Assembly (NCBI GenBank): GCA_045641325.1
Contig: JAZUGU010000100.1
Coordinates: 1 to 48,697 of the forward strand
Direction of reading: 5' to 3'
DNA: 48,697 nt
Source of the DNA: Candidatus Avispirillum sp.
Lineage (GTDB): Bacteria; Bacillota; Clostridia; Oscillospirales; CAG-272
Positions 17,430-25,390 of the stretch are shown one piece after another. How positions within the stretch are numbered: position 1 is the first letter of the stretch; each line of letters starts with the position of its first letter. A program made the position numbers and the translations under genes. The notes below the pieces were generated by a model. The model made no database searches. It was not told where the DNA came from and was given only the letters and a program-made list of their open reading frames with translations.

Positions 17430-19607
17430 ATGCCGATCACATTCTACGAGGAACAGAGAATATTCAAGCTTGATACAAAAGATTCGTCATACGTCATAAG
17501 CATATATGACGAGGGGTATCTTCTCGGTCTGTACTACGGAAAAAAGATCCCGGACGTTCCCTTTGACGGTCATGAGAACAGAGGCCTTTTCGCCTCTTTT
17601 TCTCCCATGAACGAAAAACTGCAGGATAAGCATTTCTCACCGGACGTTCAGCCCGTTGAGTATTCCGGTATCGGAACGGGAGATTTCAGAAAGCCCGCCG
17701 TTGTCATAAGGAATGCTGACGGTAATACCTGCACCGATTTCAGATATGTATCTCATAAGATTTATTCCGGAAAAAGTGAGCTTCCCGGTCTTCCGTCAAC
17801 TTTTTCCAAAGAAGACGGCGATTGCTCCACCCTCGAAATAGAAACGGAAGATAAAACCACCGGTGTCAGAGCAAATCTTTGCTATACTGTTTTCGAGGAC
17901 CATTCCGTTATGGCAAGGTCCGTGAAAATCGTGAACGGCTCCGGAAAAAACGTGGATATCGAAAAAGCATACAGCGCATCACTTCAGCTTCCCGATATGG
18001 ACTTCGATATGATCCACCTGTACGGAAACTGGTACGAGGAAAGAATGTATGCGAGAACGGCACTCGATCACGGCACCTTCTCCATCTCATCTTCCCGCGG
18101 TGCGTCAAGTCATTTCCATAACCCTGCGGCGATCCTTGCACGTAAGAACGCCACCGAGGATACGGGCGAGGCATACGGTGTAAACCTGGTTTACAGCGGA
18201 AGCTTTGACATTTCGGCGGATTGCGATTATTACGAAACCACAAGGCTCAATATCGGCATCGACCCGGATACGTTCAAATGGCATCTCACCCCCGGTGAGA
18301 GCTTCCGGACTCCCGAAGCGCTGACCGTATATTCCGATGAGGGAATCGGTGGTGTTTCGAGAATATATCACCGCTTTTTCAGAGATCACCTTATTCCTCC
18401 GAAATTCGTAAACGAAAAACGCCCGCTTCTTATAAATTCCTGGGAAGCGGCATATATGAATATCAATACCGATATCCTCGTCTCTTTTGCCGAGAGGGCA
18501 AAAGAACTGGGTATCGAGATGCTCGTCATGGACGACGGCTGGTTCGGCAAACGCAATAACGACCTTTCGTCGCTGGGCGACTGGTACGTGAATGAGGAAA
18601 AGTTCCCCGGCGGCCTCTCCGAGCTTATAGGAAAGATAAACGATCTCGGTATCAAATTCGGCATATGGTACGAGCCTGAAATGATATCCCCCATATCGGA
18701 TATTTTTGAAAAGCATCCCGATTGGGCGCTGGGCGTCCCCGGACGTGACCGCAGTATAGCACGCCACCAGTACGTCATAGATATGACGAGGAGTGACGTC
18801 AGAGATGCGATCTATTCGCAGATGTACGACGTTCTTTCAAAATATAATATCGAGTATCTCAAATGGGATTTCAACCGCAATATCACCGAAGCGGGAAGTG
18901 CTCTCCTGCCGTATGAAAACGGCGGGGAAGTAATGCACAGATTTATTCTCGGCACCTATGACCTTCTGTCAAGACTGCGCCGCGATTTCCCGGACCTCCT
19001 TATAGAAAGCTGCTCGGGAGGCGGAGGAAGATTCGATGCGGGAATGCTTTATTATTCGCCGCAGATATGGACGTCGGATAATACCAACCCCATACAGAGA
19101 ATAGATATCCAGTTCGGAACGTCTCTGTTCTATCCCGCATCCACCATGGGCGCTCACGTTTCAATGAATCCCCGTGATAATTTCCCGACAAAGGGCAACG
19201 TCGCACTTTGGGGCACCTTCGGTTACGAGCTTGATCCCAATCTTCTTACCGATGAGGAAAAAGAGACCGTCAAGGTGCAGATAAAGGAGTATCATGAAAC
19301 TTACGGCCTTATCAGAAACGGCGACCTTTACAGGATCATATGTCCGTGGGATAATGATTACCGTGCGGCATGGGAGATAGTATCCGGGGATAAGAACGAG
19401 GTGCTGTTCACCCACGTGACCATGCGGTATTTCAGACTGTGGAAGCACATCGTAAAGCTCCGCGGACTTGACCCGGATAAAGTATACCGTGACCTTGAAA
19501 CGGGGAAGAAATATTCCGGCGCATTCCTTATGAATGCGGGCCTCAATCTCACGGATTATCCGAGAGGAAACGGCGACAGCTTCAAAATACACTTAAAGGC
19601 AGAATAA
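17430..19607 (+). CDS. Alpha-galactosidase, glycoside hydrolase family 36
   Basis: NSWEAAY, VMDDGWFG.RNNDLSSLGDW, FGIWYEPEM, YLKWDFNR and ESCSGGGGRFD motifs. 3-nt gap after GH116. No signal peptide. Confidence 0.92.
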   Translation: MPITFYEEQRIFKLDTKDSSYVISIYDEGYLLGLYYGKKIPDVPFDGHENRGLFASFSPMNEKLQDKHFSPDVQPVEYSGIGTGDFRKPAVVIRNADGNTCTDFRYVSHKIYSGKSELPGLPSTFSKEDGDCSTLEIETEDKTTGVRANLCYTVFEDHSVMARSVKIVNGSGKNVDIEKAYSASLQLPDMDFDMIHLYGNWYEERMYARTALDHGTFSISSSRGASSHFHNPAAILARKNATEDTGEAYGVNLVYSGSFDISADCDYYETTRLNIGIDPDTFKWHLTPGESFRTPEALTVYSDEGIGGVSRIYHRFFRDHLIPPKFVNEKRPLLINSWEAAYMNINTDILVSFAERAKELGIEMLVMDDGWFGKRNNDLSSLGDWYVNEEKFPGGLSELIGKINDLGIKFGIWYEPEMISPISDIFEKHPDWALGVPGRDRSIARHQYVIDMTRSDVRDAIYSQMYDVLSKYNIEYLKWDFNRNITEAGSALLPYENGGEVMHRFILGTYDLLSRLRRDFPDLLIESCSGGGGRFDAGMLYYSPQIWTSDNTNPIQRIDIQFGTSLFYPASTMGAHVSMNPRDNFPTKGNVALWGTFGYELDPNLLTDEEKETVKVQIKEYHETYGLIRNGDLYRIICPWDNDYRAAWEIVSGDKNEVLFTHVTMRYFRLWKHIVKLRGLDPDKVYRDLETGKKYSGAFLMNAGLNLTDYPRGNGDSFKIHLKAE

Positions 19608-19613
19608 AAAATA

Positions 19614-19634
19614 GCAGCCGGAGCGACCGGCTGC
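19614..19634. terminator. Stem-loop after GH36 (U-tract only on the minus strand)
   Basis: gcagccgg-agcga-ccggctgc, flanked by A-runs on both sides on the plus strand. Confidence 0.45.
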
Positions 19635-19657
19635 AAAATACATACAGGGAGAAAAAT

Positions 19658-20338
19658 ATGAAGTATACCATCAACGGCGAGCCGCTGCCCGTAGTTATAT
19701 GCGAACTCGAAAACGGCGAAAAGATCATCAGCGAGGGCGGCTCCATGTCATGGATGAGCCCCAATATGCAGATGGAGACCTCTGCGGGCGGTGTCGGTAA
19801 GGCACTGGGAAGAATGTTCTCCGGGGAAAAGCTTTTCCAGAATATCTATACCGCGCAGGGCGGTGCGGGAAAAATCGCTTTCGCAAGCTCTTTCCCCGGA
19901 TCTATCCGTGCGGTCGAGATAACCCCCGATAAGCCCCTCATAGCGCAGAAATCTTCATTCCTCGCAGCATACGGTAACGTAGAGCTTTCCGTCCATTTCC
20001 AGAAGAAGATCGGCGCAGGCCTTTTCGGAGGCGAAGGCTTCATCATGCAGAAGATCAGCGGCACCGGTATCGCATTCCTTGAGATCGACGGCTCCGCAAC
20101 GGAGTATGAACTTGCCGCAGGCGAGAAGCTGATCGTCGATACAGGCTATCTCGCAGCTGCCGATGCAACGGTCACCATCGACGTACAGACCGTAAAGGGC
20201 GTTAAGAACGTTCTGTTCGGCGGCGAGGGCCTCTTCAATACCGTGCTCACCGGACCTGGAAAAATCACGCTCCAGTCCATGCCCATGTCAAACTTTGTCG
20301 GCATGATAGCATCCAAATTACCTAAAAGCAATAACTGA
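19658..20338 (+). CDS. AIM24 / TIGR00266 family protein
   Basis: MKYTINGEPLPVVICELENGEKIISEGGSMSWMS, GGEGFIMQKISGTG, FGGEGLFNTVLTGPGKITLQSMP. RBS AGGGAG. Confidence 0.85.
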   Translation: MKYTINGEPLPVVICELENGEKIISEGGSMSWMSPNMQMETSAGGVGKALGRMFSGEKLFQNIYTAQGGAGKIAFASSFPGSIRAVEITPDKPLIAQKSSFLAAYGNVELSVHFQKKIGAGLFGGEGFIMQKISGTGIAFLEIDGSATEYELAAGEKLIVDTGYLAAADATVTIDVQTVKGVKNVLFGGEGLFNTVLTGPGKITLQSMPMSNFVGMIASKLPKSNN

Positions 20339-20373
20339 AAAAAGAGCGGCAGCTTTAAGCTGCCGCTCTTTTT
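20339..20373. terminator. Bidirectional intrinsic terminator
   Basis: aaaaagagcggcagc-tttaa-gctgccgctcttttt, a perfect 15-bp inverted repeat between convergent genes. Confidence 0.9.
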
Positions 20374-20382
20374 AAGTATATC

Positions 20383-21426
20383 TTATTCTGCTTTCTGGAG
20401 AGCCACTATGAGCTGACCGTCACCGAACTGTACCGCAGCGGTGTTTCCGTCGGAATCGGTGCCGTTGAACATGATTCCTTCTGCGCTTTCATCTTCATTT
20501 TTGGTAAAGCCTGCGCTCTCAAGTTCGGAAACGTAGGACTTGAAATCGTCCTCGGTCACGTCCTTCAGAACTGCGGAGAACTGACCGTCCTGCACCATGG
20601 AGAGACTCACGGTCCCGGGAGCCTTGGGAATAAGTGCGGTAAAGGAGTTGTCGGGCCATCCCATGGCACCGGTGAAATCCTGGTAATCCTCGCCGGGAGC
20701 GGGAAGAGTGGGAACGCTGACGTCAGAACCGCTCTTGAAAGAAGTGACCTCCATGGAGGCGAAGCTGCTGTCTTCTGCGCTGTTCATGTCAAGCCCCCAC
20801 CTGAGGGTGATTCCCAGTTCATCATCCACACATGCGTTCCAGATGACGGAAGCATCGAGTGCGGAAACCTCATATTTATATATGGTACAGCTGCGTCCCG
20901 CGATCGTATCGTGACCGTCTTTTTCAAGGCTGTCCTCAAAGGCGTTTGCAAAGAACAGATAAACGGTATACGCAGTACCGTAGATGCTGATTATATCATC
21001 AATGTCCTGACCGACAAGGTTTGAGGAAATAGTCCATTCCGTGCCGTCATATTCGTATGTGGTGACGCCCGTATCTCCGTTCTGCATGCATGCCATGCCT
21101 TCACCGCCGGATAAGGTCCACCAGATGTTTTCTTTTCTGCCGGTGGTGTATTCGGTCACGTCTCCGCCGGCTTCGGTCACCTTGAAGGAGATCTCGTAGC
21201 CGTCTTTTTCACCAAGCTCTGCAAGCTTTGCCTGGGCTGAATCTTTGTCGTAAGTAAGACCTTCGTCTTCGTTTTCACCGTCGGAGTCCTTTTCGGTATC
21301 CGCAGCATCGGTGATTTCGTTTTCAGATCCGGCATCTTCATCCTCGTTCTTTCCTCCGCATGCGGTGAAGAGGAAGGATGCGCAGATGAGAGAGATCACA
21401 AGTAAGATAGCAAGAAGTTTTTTCAT
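20383..21426 (-). CDS. Lipoprotein of unknown function (C-terminal region resembles DUF6591)
   Basis: Signal peptide II with lipobox LFTA-C and an acidic linker. C-terminal WPDNSFTALIPKAPG...DVTEDDFKSYVSELESAGF resembles DUF6591 proteins from memory. Confidence 0.7.
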   Translation of the reverse strand: MKKLLAILLVISLICASFLFTACGGKNEDEDAGSENEITDAADTEKDSDGENEDEGLTYDKDSAQAKLAELGEKDGYEISFKVTEAGGDVTEYTTGRKENIWWTLSGGEGMACMQNGDTGVTTYEYDGTEWTISSNLVGQDIDDIISIYGTAYTVYLFFANAFEDSLEKDGHDTIAGRSCTIYKYEVSALDASVIWNACVDDELGITLRWGLDMNSAEDSSFASMEVTSFKSGSDVSVPTLPAPGEDYQDFTGAMGWPDNSFTALIPKAPGTVSLSMVQDGQFSAVLKDVTEDDFKSYVSELESAGFTKNEDESAEGIMFNGTDSDGNTAAVQFGDGQLIVALQKAE

Positions 21427-21478
21427 GGTTCTGTTCCTTTCTTATGATGAAAAGTGTGTTCGGGAATCTGCTGAGAAT

Positions 21479-21507
21479 ATTGTATCACATTATCGTATAG
21501 CAGTCAA
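21479..21507 (-). promoter_or_regulatory. Sigma-A-type promoter of the lipoprotein gene
   Basis: Minus strand TTGACT, 17-bp spacer, TACAAT with TGn extension. Confidence 0.7.
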
Positions 21508-21518
21508 TAATAAACGAC

Positions 21519-21550
21519 AAAAGAAAAGGCGGGGTCATATCCCGCCTTTT
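21519..21550 (-). terminator. Intrinsic terminator overlapping the yigZ stop codon
   Basis: Minus strand aaaaggcggg-atatgac-cccgcctttt-ctttt; the TGA stop lies in the loop. Confidence 0.75.
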
Positions 21551-22167
21551 GACGCACGTTCCTCATGCCGTATAATATTAACAGTTCCTTTGCCGTTGGT
21601 AAGCTCTTTTACAAGAGATGTGATTTCTTCTTCACGGTCGGATTCTATTGCCGCCGTAACGGTCACTCCTTCTCCGAAGTCTGCGCCGTCTTCGTCGGCA
21701 CCGATGCTCTTTAGCTGTACCGTAAGCTTCTGATAATCGGGATATCCCACCTCGATCTTCATGATAGAGTAATCCTCGCAAACGGCGATACCCGCCGCAT
21801 CAATGGCGGCTTTTGCCGCAGCACCGTATGCACGTACCAAACCGCCTGCACCGAGAAGCGTTCCGCCGAAATATCTGGTCACCACGATAACGAAATCCGT
21901 AGCGCCCGACATTTTCATAACGTTCAGAACAGGCATTCCCGCCGTGCCCTGAGGCTCTCCGTCGTCGGAATACCGCGCACGGGCACCGTTGTCGATGTAA
22001 TATGCCCAGACATTGTGGGTGGCATCGGAAAATTCTTTCTTTTTTTCTTCGATTATCGCTTTTGCTTCATCCTCGGTCGCAACAGGTGCGGCGTATCCGA
22101 TGAAAACAGATTTCTTTTCCTCAAATTCTGCGGAGGCGGCACACCTGAGTGTCACTCTTTTATTCAT
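21535..22167 (-). CDS. yigZ: YigZ / IMPACT family protein
   Basis: EEKKSVFIG, FSDATHNVWAY, SDDGEPQGTAGMPVL and VVTRYFGGTLLGAGGLVRAY motifs. Confidence 0.92.
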   Translation of the reverse strand: MNKRVTLRCAASAEFEEKKSVFIGYAAPVATEDEAKAIIEEKKKEFSDATHNVWAYYIDNGARARYSDDGEPQGTAGMPVLNVMKMSGATDFVIVVTRYFGGTLLGAGGLVRAYGAAAKAAIDAAGIAVCEDYSIMKIEVGYPDYQKLTVQLKSIGADEDGADFGEGVTVTAAIESDREEEITSLVKELTNGKGTVNIIRHEERASKGGI

Positions 22168-23551
22168 AAAGATAATCCTTTATTCTTCCGTACAGCTTTT
22201 CGTCACAGGTGACGGTCACTTTTACGGTGTTTTCGAGATAATCTGCCGTAACGTTTTCGCCGTCACGGTATATAAGATTCAGCAGAGAACCCGCATCCTG
22301 CGGAAGCAGAACGGTGACACGTTTCTTCCCGAGCCTGCACAATCCTTCCAGTTCTCTTGCGAAATCATCGATACCTTCGCCGGTGAGCGCGGATATAAAT
22401 ACGAACTTCGAACCGGATGATGCGGCGATGCGCTTCATCTGATTGAGTCGGTCGGTGTCCTCCACCTTGTCGCATTTGTTGAAAACGTAAAGCGTGGGCT
22501 TGCCGGATGCATTCAGCTCGGAAAGCAGATTTTCCGTTATTATCATTCTGTCGGCAAAATCTCCGTCATTGGCATCGCACACTATAATGAGTATGTCGGC
22601 AAGGCTCGCCTCGTCCAGAGTACTGCGGAAAGCCTTTATAAGATGGTGCGGCAGATTTTTGATAAATCCTACCGTGTCGGTAAGCAGTATCTTTGTTCCG
22701 CCCGGCAGCTCGTACTGTCTCGTGGTGGGGTCGAGCGTCGCAAAAAGCTTGTCCTCAGCCAGAATGCCCGCACCTGTCAACGTATTGAGAAGCGTTGATT
22801 TACCTGCATTCGTGTATCCCACGATGGCGCACTTCGTAATGCCGGAGCGCTCTCTGGCCTGCCTGAGTGTGGCACGGTTCTTTTCAACCTTTCTCAGCTC
22901 TTCCTCAAGCTGTGCAACTCTTGATTTCAGACGGCGTCTGTCGATCTCCAGCTTTGATTCTCCGGGGCCTCTCGTACCGATACCGCCGCCCAGCCTTGAC
23001 ATGTCCTTGCCTTTTCCCATGAGACGTGGGGCTGTGTATTTCAGCTGAGCCAGCTCGACCTGCAGTCTGCCCTCGGAGCTTTGCGCTCTCATGGCAAATA
23101 TGTCCAGTATCAGCATACTGCGGTCGAGAACGGAAACCTCTGCATCGATCGCATTTTCTATTTCGTTTATCTGTGAGGGTGTCAGCTCAAAGTCAAATAC
23201 AACGAGCTCGGCACCGGTATTCCTGCAGGCATCGGAAAGCTCGCCCATTTTACCGCTTCCGATACCGAATCTGGCATCGGGGGCAGGCCTCATCTGAGTC
23301 ACGATCGCGGCGACCTCAGCCCCCGCCGTGTCAAGCAGACGGGATAGCTCCTCGAGAGAGGAAAGGCACTCCGCTTCGCCGCCCTGAGGGAAAATGGAAA
23401 CGGTGACGGCTTTTCTGCACGTATCGGGGGACAGCTCGTGCATCCTGTTCTGCTTGCCTTTGATCTCCGGCTCTTCCTCTATATTTTCAACAGTCTGATA
23501 TACTTCTATATAAAAGGGAAGACCGTCGGGTATATTATTGTTATTGTCCAT
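22160..23551 (-). CDS. hflX: GTPase HflX (ribosome-splitting factor)
   Basis: DRSMLILDIF, LQVELAQLKY, GGIGTRGPGESKLE, G1 VGYTNAGKST, DKLFATLDPT, DTVG, NKCD. Confidence 0.95.
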   Translation of the reverse strand: MDNNNNIPDGLPFYIEVYQTVENIEEEPEIKGKQNRMHELSPDTCRKAVTVSIFPQGGEAECLSSLEELSRLLDTAGAEVAAIVTQMRPAPDARFGIGSGKMGELSDACRNTGAELVVFDFELTPSQINEIENAIDAEVSVLDRSMLILDIFAMRAQSSEGRLQVELAQLKYTAPRLMGKGKDMSRLGGGIGTRGPGESKLEIDRRRLKSRVAQLEEELRKVEKNRATLRQARERSGITKCAIVGYTNAGKSTLLNTLTGAGILAEDKLFATLDPTTRQYELPGGTKILLTDTVGFIKNLPHHLIKAFRSTLDEASLADILIIVCDANDGDFADRMIITENLLSELNASGKPTLYVFNKCDKVEDTDRLNQMKRIAASSGSKFVFISALTGEGIDDFARELEGLCRLGKKRVTVLLPQDAGSLLNLIYRDGENVTADYLENTVKVTVTCDEKLYGRIKDYLYE

Positions 23552-23563
23552 AAGCCTCCAATG

Positions 23564-23596
23564 AAAAAACCGGAAAAGGGCAAACCCTCTTCCGGT
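23564..23596 (-). terminator. Intrinsic terminator between rpmE and hflX
   Basis: Minus strand accggaagaggg-tttg-cccttttccggt (12-bp stem, one G-U pair) followed by a T-run. Confidence 0.75.
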
Positions 23597-23612
23597 CTTG
23601 TTTGATGCGTAA

Positions 23613-23828
23613 TTATTTTACAGATTCGAGACGCTTCTTGAACTTGTCAACACGGCCGCCGGCATCAACAAACTTCTGTTTGCCGGTGAAGAAGGGGTGG
23701 CACTTGGAACAAACTTCAACGCGGATCTCGCCGTTTGCATCGCCCTTTGTGGAACGGGTCTTAACAGTCTCACCGCAAGCGCAGCGGATCGTTACTTCCT
23801 TGTAATCGGGATGGATACCAGTCTTCAT
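23613..23828 (-). CDS. rpmE: 50S ribosomal protein L31 (Zn-binding C+ type)
   Basis: MKTGIHPDY...CACG...[24 protein letters not shown]. Start moved to ATG 23828 (RBS AAGGAGA). Confidence 0.97.
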   Translation of the reverse strand: MKTGIHPDYKEVTIRCACGETVKTRSTKGDANGEIRVEVCSKCHPFFTGKQKFVDAGGRVDKFKKRLESVK

Positions 23829-23865
23829 TATTTTATCTCCTTGAGTAATTTTCACAGTACATCGT

Positions 23866-23894
23866 ATTCTATCATATTATTCCCGATAAGTCAA
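23866..23894 (-). promoter_or_regulatory. Sigma-A-type promoter of rpmE
   Basis: Minus strand TTGACT, 17-bp spacer, TAGAAT with TGn extension. Confidence 0.75.
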
Positions 23895-23927
23895 GACCAT
23901 TTTTGAAATTTTCGAAAAAGAAAAGCA

Positions 23928-23956
23928 TTGATAAAAAAGAGAGTGTGTGATATACT
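23928..23956 (+). promoter_or_regulatory. Sigma-A-type promoter of the pepD operon
   Basis: TTGATA, 17-bp spacer, TATACT with TGn extension. Confidence 0.75.
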
Positions 23957-23980
23957 GTCTGTAAGTGAAAACGCCGTAAA

Positions 23981-25390
23981 ATGGTGAAGAAAGCGATGGT
24001 AAATAAAATGAAGGATTCAATGTATTATTTCCGTGAAATATGTAAAATACCTCACGGCTCCGGAAATTGCTCGGCGATCGCCTCCTACGTGGAGAAATTC
24101 GCAAAAGAGCGTTCTCTCCGTTGTATCCGTGACGGTGCCGATAACGTGATAATTTTCAAAAATGCGGCAAAGGGCAGAGAAAACGCCCCCGCCGTAATGC
24201 TTCAGGGACATCTGGATATGGTCTGCGAAGCAGAGAACGGAACTGATTTTGATTTCCTGTCCGAAGGTATAAAGCTCGTTGAAAACGGGGATATCATAAA
24301 AGCGGACGGCACCACCCTCGGCGGAGACGACGGCGCGGCAGTTGCTCTCATGCTCGAACTGCTTGATGACGAAAGTCTTGATGCACCTGCTCTCGAGTGC
24401 GTGTTCACCACCGATGAGGAAATAGGCATGCTCGGAGCGGACGTTATTGACCTTTCAGAGTGCAGTGCCGGGTATCTCATCAACGCTGACAGCGAGGAGG
24501 ACGGAGTCTTTACCTGCGGATGCGCAGGCGGCACAGGTCTTGATTTCTCGATCCCCGTTGAAAGAGAGAAAAAGAGCGGAGAATTCGTATCAGTAAAGCT
24601 GTACGGTCTCCAGGGCGGTCACAGCGGCACTGAGATAAATAAGGGCAGGCTCAACGCCATAAAGCTTCTGGCAGGGCTTCTTTCCCGGGATGACAGGATA
24701 GTTGAGATCTCCCGTGACGGCAAGGATAATGCCATCCCCGCAAGATGCGATGCCATAGTGCTCGGAAACGGCGAAGATATAAGAGAAAGATTTGAAAAGA
24801 TAAGTGACTGGGGCAGCGAAAAGGACGTGAAGCTCGATATCATTCCCGTGAACTGCCGTGAGGCTGACGTGCTCACGGAAGAATCGCAGGAAAGAGTGCT
24901 CTCGTTTTTGCAGAACGTGCCTTACGGCGTCAGAAAAATGTGCGAAGAGCCCGCGGGCCTCGTCCATACCTCCGATAATATCGGTATCCTTAATTCTTCC
25001 GATGATAAAATCACCGGAACTCTCTCCGTGAGAAGCATCAGCACAGCCTCCCGGGATGAGCTGACAGACGAGATATGCAAAATGGTTAAAGCTGCCGGAG
25101 GCACCACCCATGCCCATGGTGCGTATCCCGGATGGGATTATAAAAAGGACTCTGTCCTCCGCGATACCATGGTGAAAGTCTACGAGCAAATGAATGGTAA
25201 AACTCCCACCATTGACGTGATCCACGCGGGCCTTGAATGCGGAGTGATCCTCTCCAAAATGCCCTGCCTTGATATAGTATCCATCGGATGTGACCTTCGT
25301 GATATACATACCCCGGACGAGAGAATGAGCATATCCTCATTTCTCCGCATGGGCGAATTCGTGCGTGAAGTGCTTAAGGAGTTAAAGTAA
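23981..25390 (+). CDS. pepD: Aminoacyl-histidine dipeptidase (peptidase M20C)
   Basis: FREICKIPHGSGN, MLQGHLDMV, GTTLGGDD, FTTDEEIG, IHAGLECG, DIHTPDER. Start uncertain; ATG 23996 or 24008 are also plausible. Confidence 0.9.
   Translation: MVKKAMVNKMKDSMYYFREICKIPHGSGNCSAIASYVEKFAKERSLRCIRDGADNVIIFKNAAKGRENAPAVMLQGHLDMVCEAENGTDFDFLSEGIKLVENGDIIKADGTTLGGDDGAAVALMLELLDDESLDAPALECVFTTDEEIGMLGADVIDLSECSAGYLINADSEEDGVFTCGCAGGTGLDFSIPVEREKKSGEFVSVKLYGLQGGHSGTEINKGRLNAIKLLAGLLSRDDRIVEISRDGKDNAIPARCDAIVLGNGEDIRERFEKISDWGSEKDVKLDIIPVNCREADVLTEESQERVLSFLQNVPYGVRKMCEEPAGLVHTSDNIGILNSSDDKITGTLSVRSISTASRDELTDEICKMVKAAGGTTHAHGAYPGWDYKKDSVLRDTMVKVYEQMNGKTPTIDVIHAGLECGVILSKMPCLDIVSIGCDLRDIHTPDERMSISSFLRMGEFVREVLKELK

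Noticed and set aside
23896-23922. CodY-like box (aattttcgaaaaag) between the rpmE and pepD promoters
   Set aside because: At least four mismatches to AATTTTCWGAAAATT in an AT-rich tract.
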